Of a stretch of DNA of 64,000 bases, positions 58,028 through 64,000 are shown one piece after another. Each line of letters opens with the position of its first letter. The stretch's first letter is position 1. Source of the DNA: Eledone cirrhosa (lineage: Eukaryota); assembly GCA_964016885.1 (NCBI GenBank), contig OZ024749.1, forward strand, positions 43,028,001-43,092,000, in the 5' to 3' direction. The notes beneath the pieces were generated by a model. The model ran no database searches, had not been told where the DNA came from, and saw only the letters and a list, made by a program, of their open reading frames with translations. A program made the position numbers and the translations under genes.

Positions 58028-58957
58028 TATGTCTCAAATATGTTATCTAATCACATTCATTGTAAAGAACTTTCATATGCATGAAAGCATATTTGGAATA
58101 TAAATTTATTAACCCAGCAAATGAAACTGCGAGACCTGGGGAAAACTTTCATATCATAAATGAAGTAAATATTTGTAATAATCTGTCTGTCTGCAATATT
58201 AAAATAATCAGTTAAGTCTAGAATCGAGTATGATATTGATACACCCACCTAGATGTTTTAGGCGGATATTGAAGCTGCGAGTAAGATACAACTTCATAAA
58301 CGGCTGTATTTTAGAAGTTATCCGTAACAAGCTAACCTTTAACTTTATCTTATGAATACAATAACCTATACAATAGAAAAAAAATATTCTTAGAAAATGC
58401 AATATATGAGATTGTTTCGCTTTTGCTATTACTCTCAGGGAAAATATAAATATATATAAATATATATATATATTAAAAAATTCAATCATTTTAGGCATTG
58501 ATGTTATTGAATTTACAAATATAATACTTGCAGTGTTTGTATCACTGTCTTGATATTGCTGGAATTCAAAAGATGCATATTTAGTTCACGAATTCCGTTC
58601 ATATATTATAATCTTTATTGTGGCAAAAGCCTGCATCACAATGGGTTATATCTCGGCGGAGTGAGTCCAAGTCTTGGCTTCTTTTTCGAATTGAAATTAA
58701 TTGGTTTTCCGGCTAAAGCTACTACCAGTCATACAGATTGAAAAACACAATTGTAGCATAATGTATGTCGATTTGTAACGTAGCTAATTTTATATTTGTA
58801 ACGTTTGTCAGCCACGATTTGCTTTTCGAAGACAAAACCTCAATCTACTTTATAGAAAACCATAATACAGGGAATGTTATATGAATTCATGTGAATACGT
58901 TTCTAGACCGCAATATATATGGATGTATAGTTCTGTTTTTATATTGTGACAATTTAT

Positions 58958-59041
58958 GAGGTTGTGTGGTTGTGAGTTCGATTCCCGGATCGGACGATGC
59001 GTTATGTCCTTAAGCAAGACACTTGTTTACAGGTTGCTCCT
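58958..59041 (+). mobile_element. SINE S2 fragment
   Basis: B-box GAGTTCGATTCCC plus TGTCCTTAAGCAAGACACTT. Confidence 0.6.
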
Positions 59042-60970
59042 TCTACCTGGATTTCAGACCAATAAATAGTACTAGTAATTAAAAAGACCAATGGAAACGT
59101 TGTTTCCTCGGTCCGATTCAACGAGTTCTAGGATCTTGCCGATCGACTGTCGATACATCTGTCTATGACAGTTACATGATCTATGAAAATAACCATATTT
59201 GTATTCCTTCTAATTTTGTTGTAATGGTGTACATAATCTATCTATTATTTTAAAGGAAAATACAACAAAAACAAAACCAAAAAGAATACCACGAAAGTTT
59301 CACATCTGGTTACAGATTATTCCGGATATAAAATAAATTAAATTACTCCATCCAGGAATTCGAATCATATCCTCAATTGAGATACCGGGAATTGAGCAAA
59401 AAAAAAAAAAAAAAATTAATAACACTTCACTAACAAAGCAACTAAACTAAATAAAGCGAAACAGAATCCTGAACAAATTCTAAACACACTAGCTACTTAT
59501 ATCCATTTAGTCTATACAGGTTTGTTTCTATTTTTCTAGCAGTAATACCACCAGTATCTAATAGGAAACGGGACAATTATGTTTAAAGGAGGCAATTAAC
59601 TATAAAAACATTTAACGGATCGGTAAAGAAGCCAATAGAGTTTTGTACAGGCAAACCAGATCGGAAACAACCACTCATTTAGTTAGTCAATAATTATTGT
59701 CTATGAGAAACTCACCATGTCTCTCTCTCTCTATCTATCTCTAACTATCTCTCACTGTCTCTGTCTCTCTTTGACCCTCTCTCTATCTCTCAATGTCCCT
59801 CTCCCTGACAGAGAAGAGAGTGACATATATGATATTAAAACAGGAACATGCAGTAGAACACCGTGCAATCAATTGCGATAAACAGCTTTGTTTGTGCCAT
59901 CGAGTCAAGTTTTCGCTGAAGGCAGCTGCTAATAGACTCTACATCGTTACACGTGAATAATTGCGATACAAATTGAAGTCATTATAGATCGAAGTCAATT
60001 GTTCAATGTGTCTAGTTACGGTTAAATTGTTACTTTGTAAATAACAGAGTTGAGTGATTATGTGTGTTTTGCTTTTATATAGGATATAACTACTATAAAG
60101 AGACATAATGGACACACGGAGAAATATGGAAGAACAAAACGTAGTGGATGTATAAGGTAAGATTGCTGCGTTGTGTGTTCGTGTCCTGGTTTAATTATAA
60201 CAACTTGTAAGGAAATGCAGAAACACTTTCCAAGTTCTGTTCAAACAGATGAAAACTGTTTTATCTCTCTCTCTCTGCCCCTCTTTCTCTCTCTCTCTCA
60301 TTCTATCATATATTCCGACATATGTACAATATCAGAGTAAATATTTTAATTTTTCCTGTCGCCCAGTTACAGTATTGGTTGTGTTCTCTCTTTTCAGGAA
60401 TATCTTGCTAATGCGACTTCAATCAGAACAGGACGTTAACAGTTAATTTTATCACAGAATTTTCGCACATCGTAGAGATCTGGGGAATATCGATTTTAAA
60501 AATTCAATAATACAGGCTGGATTAAAACAAAAGGAGAAAGAATATAGTATGTTACTTAGCTTGGTTCACCGAATACTTTGCTTGGGTAATATTTTCAATA
60601 GCGAAGTACAGTTAGATATTAGATTGTGAGAGTATAAAAGGTTATACAACTGTTATATCATATCTATAATTATTATACAATATTTACATTTTACATAAGT
60701 GAGAGACAAAGTTAAGAATTGAATCCTGGGTAGGTTTCAATAGATATCTTATTATTTGATTCACAGCTCAAATATACAATTAATCTATAGACCAAAAGTC
60801 TTTCGATTTTGATATTAAAAGTAAACACTGGTTTTACCGGACTTAAATATATTTGACATTAATTCATGTTTTTCTGTAATACATACGTACATATAATAGA
60901 CATATACACATATACATACATACACACATACATACATATAATAGACATACATATATACATACATACACAC

Positions 60971-61003
<33 letters not shown>

Positions 61004-61599
61004 CATATAATAGACATATAATAGACATACATATATACACGCATACATACATATATACCATTATATATATACGCATACATACATATATACCATATATATA
61101 TATATATATATACAATAATACAATTATACATACAATAATAGATAGATACATACATACGAAAATACATACATTCATATAGACATACATATATGCATTCATG
61201 CGTACATATATAGATACATACATACATAGATAGATACATACATACATACATGGTGGCTGCCAACTCGTTTTCGAGTACGGCCACTACTTTATATCCATGT
61301 AAGAGAACCCCTACCGATACGCTGAACGAGTGTGACGTTTTAGTCCAGCCAGCGACTTGAAAACTCTGGTACAAACACGACACTTGTGACAATTATTGAC
61401 ACATAGTGCTGGGCCAATGGTACCATGTGACGACAAGTGTAGAGAGATCTCCAGATATAAAGCAATGCCTGTGCCGTGAAGCTTTTATAGTGAGCAAAGG
61501 CACTGCACAAAGCCAGTCCCACTCTCTTAACCAAGATGATATTTACCAAATAGAAGAAAAACTCAACATCATTGGATACCATCAGGGTTGCAGGTGTTA

Positions 61600-61818
61600 T
61601 ATCAGAGTTTTCCTTCTCCTAGAATTCTGCCTTGACAAAAGCTAAGGGGTCATCTCTCCTGGTGATTTTGGATGGCCATTGACTCTTAAGAGCTCCTCTG
61701 GCCTTTGACAGGTTTTTTTTTTGTCCTGCAGGATGTCCAAAGTCACCCTCCTCACCAAGAAACCTTGGTGGGGTTGCCAGTTTAGTCGCCAACGACCCGA
61801 CCATGAGACAGGTTGTAC
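61600..61818 (-). mobile_element. Probable retroposon fragment (RTE-related SINE or UTR-like)
   Basis: GC-richer block with GAGTTTTCCTTCTCCTAG...TGCCTTGACAAAAGCTA and GGGGTTGCCAGTTTAGTCGCC. The resemblance is recalled from memory, and there is only one copy here. Confidence 0.35.
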
Positions 61819-62483
61819 ATATATACATATATACATATATCTGTATGTGTGTGTGTTATTATGATAGCACGACTGTGGTCAGTTTTAACCATTTTTATCA
61901 AATAATATTTTTATATATCCTTATTTGCCTCTTATATTTACTCTGAAACAATTACACACCCAAGTCCACTTGTATTCCAAACCTTCTCAAATCCATCTTG
62001 TAAACGAATCTTGATAATGGTGTATGCTCTATCTGTGCGTTGACTATTGTTTTCAAATTTACTATTAATAAACAAAACCTATTTCAGCACATGGACACAT
62101 TATATATTATATAACACGTAGCAGCGTTAGATGGGAAAACATTAATAGATAACAGCTTCATCCTATATAGAATTCCACCAAACAACAAGAAGACAAAACA
62201 AACAAACACACAATAAACAAACACATCATAAATAAAACAATATAAATACCGAAAATATTAGAAATATTAAATTACAAACGAAATTTCAACAGGGAGATAC
62301 GGCACACCTGAAATAAAATCGAAAGCATCCAGGTGTTAACCCATTAACAATTTTGAGTAGGGCGATGACGCCTTTATCGTTTACAAAATCATCTCTGTGT
62401 TCCTTTGCTGCCTTCTAGAAAAGAACTCAGCAACAGCCAATCAATACTACAATTTGATTCAGATGATAAAATCTAGGAGTTGA

Positions 62484-63103
62484 ATTGAAATTTTAAATAA
62501 CAGTTCTATTGTTGTAAATAAGGCAATAATTGTATCTACATTTGGCACAAGGACAGCAATTATCCCAGTTTATTACTGGTACTTTACTTTAATTGAAATT
62601 TTAAATAGGAGTTCTATTGTTGTAAATAATAAGGCAATAATTGTATCTACTTTTGGCACAAGGACAGGAATTGTCCTAGTGTATTACTGGTGCTATACTT
62701 TATCGACCGTAAGGATGAGAGGCAAATTATTTTATAGACCCCCGTAAGGATGAAAGGCATAGTTAACCTCGGTGGGATTTGAACTCAGATAAAGGTAAAA
62801 CTTTGCCTTTCATCCTTAGAGGTTCGATAAAATAAAGTACCAGTAATACTCTGGGGGTTATTGCTAGCCTTACGCCAAAAGTAGAAATAATTATTTACAA
62901 CAACAGAACTCAAATAATAAGGCAATAATTGTGTCTACTTTTGGCACAAGGCCAGTAATTACCCAGCGTATTACTGGTGCTTTATTTTATCGACCCCATA
63001 GGGATGAAAGGTAAAGTTAACCTCGGTGGCATTTGAACCGAGGCCGTAAATGGACGTAACTCTATGCTTGCAAAGCCCTTACCGATACTGCCAATCCACC
63101 GCC
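62484..63103. mobile_element. Rearranged SINE S1 cluster with duplicated and inverted flanks
   Basis: Three minus-strand tails (62527, 62638, 62926), each preceded by AATAAGGCAATAATTG, and one plus-strand piece at 62797-62892. Confidence 0.85.
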
Positions 63104-63180
63104 TGAATAACGCAATAGTGAAATGTAAATATTAATAAAATATATGTTTGATCTCAAACACAGTCGTATCTTCATCATAG

Positions 63181-63693
63181 CATGTATGATGGAAAACATG
63201 TATGATGGAAAGCATGTATGATGGAAAACATGTATGATGGAAAACATGTATGATGGAAAGCACGTATGATGGAAAGCATGTATGATGGAAAACATGTATG
63301 AAGGAAAACATGTATGATGGAAAACATGTATGATGGAAAACATGTATGATGGAAAGCATGTATGATGGAAAACATGTATGATGGAAAACATGTATGATGG
63401 AAAACATGTATGATGGAAAACATGTATGATGGAAAACATGTATGATGGAAAGCATGTATGATGGAAAGCATGTATGATGGAAAGCATGTATGATGAAAAA
63501 CATGTATGATGGAAAACATGTATGATGGAAAACGTATGATGGAAAACATGTATGATGGAAAACATGTATGATGGAAAACATGTATGATGGAAAGCATGTA
63601 TGATGGAAAACATGTATGATGGAGAACATGTATGATGGAAAACATGTATGATGGAAAGCATGTATGATGGAAAACATGTATGATGGAAAACAT
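63181..63693. repeat. 16-bp minisatellite CATGTATGATGGAAAR, ~32 copies
   Basis: Direct reading. It explains the three overlapping FHHTCFPSYM ORFs. Confidence 0.98.
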
Positions 63694-64000
63694 TTCCCTA
63701 CATATACAACTTTCTGTCACTCTCGCTCACAAAATCACACGCAAATATACATACCCCCCCCCCATTTCTCCCTCTCTATATATATCTATTGATATGGTTT
63801 TGGTAGGGCAAAAGTTAAAGATGGTACTCAATACGTTGGTAGAGTATAAGCAACTTAAATTATGTGTAATATATATAGAAATGAGTTCTAGATTTGTTTC
63901 ATTCGTATGAAACCACGAGAAATCTCCCGTACGAATGAAAAAAACTCTCTTGTCCTTAAGAAGCCATTTCGAAATATAATACACACACACAGAGTGAGTG

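Noticed and set aside
63062-63720. Three overlapping 181-199 aa ORFs with FHHTCFPSYM repeats
   Set aside because: A by-product of the 16-bp minisatellite.

Overview
AT-rich eukaryotic non-coding DNA, intronic or intergenic. The tRNA-derived SINE and the extreme (TA)n/(CA)n load resemble octopod cephalopod genomes; this is an inference from remembered repeat motifs, not a search result. No intact protein-coding gene can be supported, and nearly all ORF-track entries are translations of microsatellites or repeats. The window holds about 30 full or partial copies of one tRNA-derived SINE, several copies of a second CORE-like SINE, Tc1/mariner and hAT MITEs, and several minisatellites. The main unexplained structure is a set of at least seven families of short elements, most inserted into (TA)n tracts. 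Several share one architecture: a variably truncated inverted arm with a fixed end, plus a forward arm carrying a unique 3' tail. Many carry minimal type I hammerhead ribozyme motifs (CUGANGA...GAAA, palindromic loop III), including one U3-A8 core variant. Decayed GIY-YIG-like peptide remnants lie nearby. Together this points to a population of microsatellite-targeting Penelope-like retroelement (PLE) termini and non-autonomous derivatives. Coordinates were counted by eye and may be off by a few bases, especially for degenerate copies.
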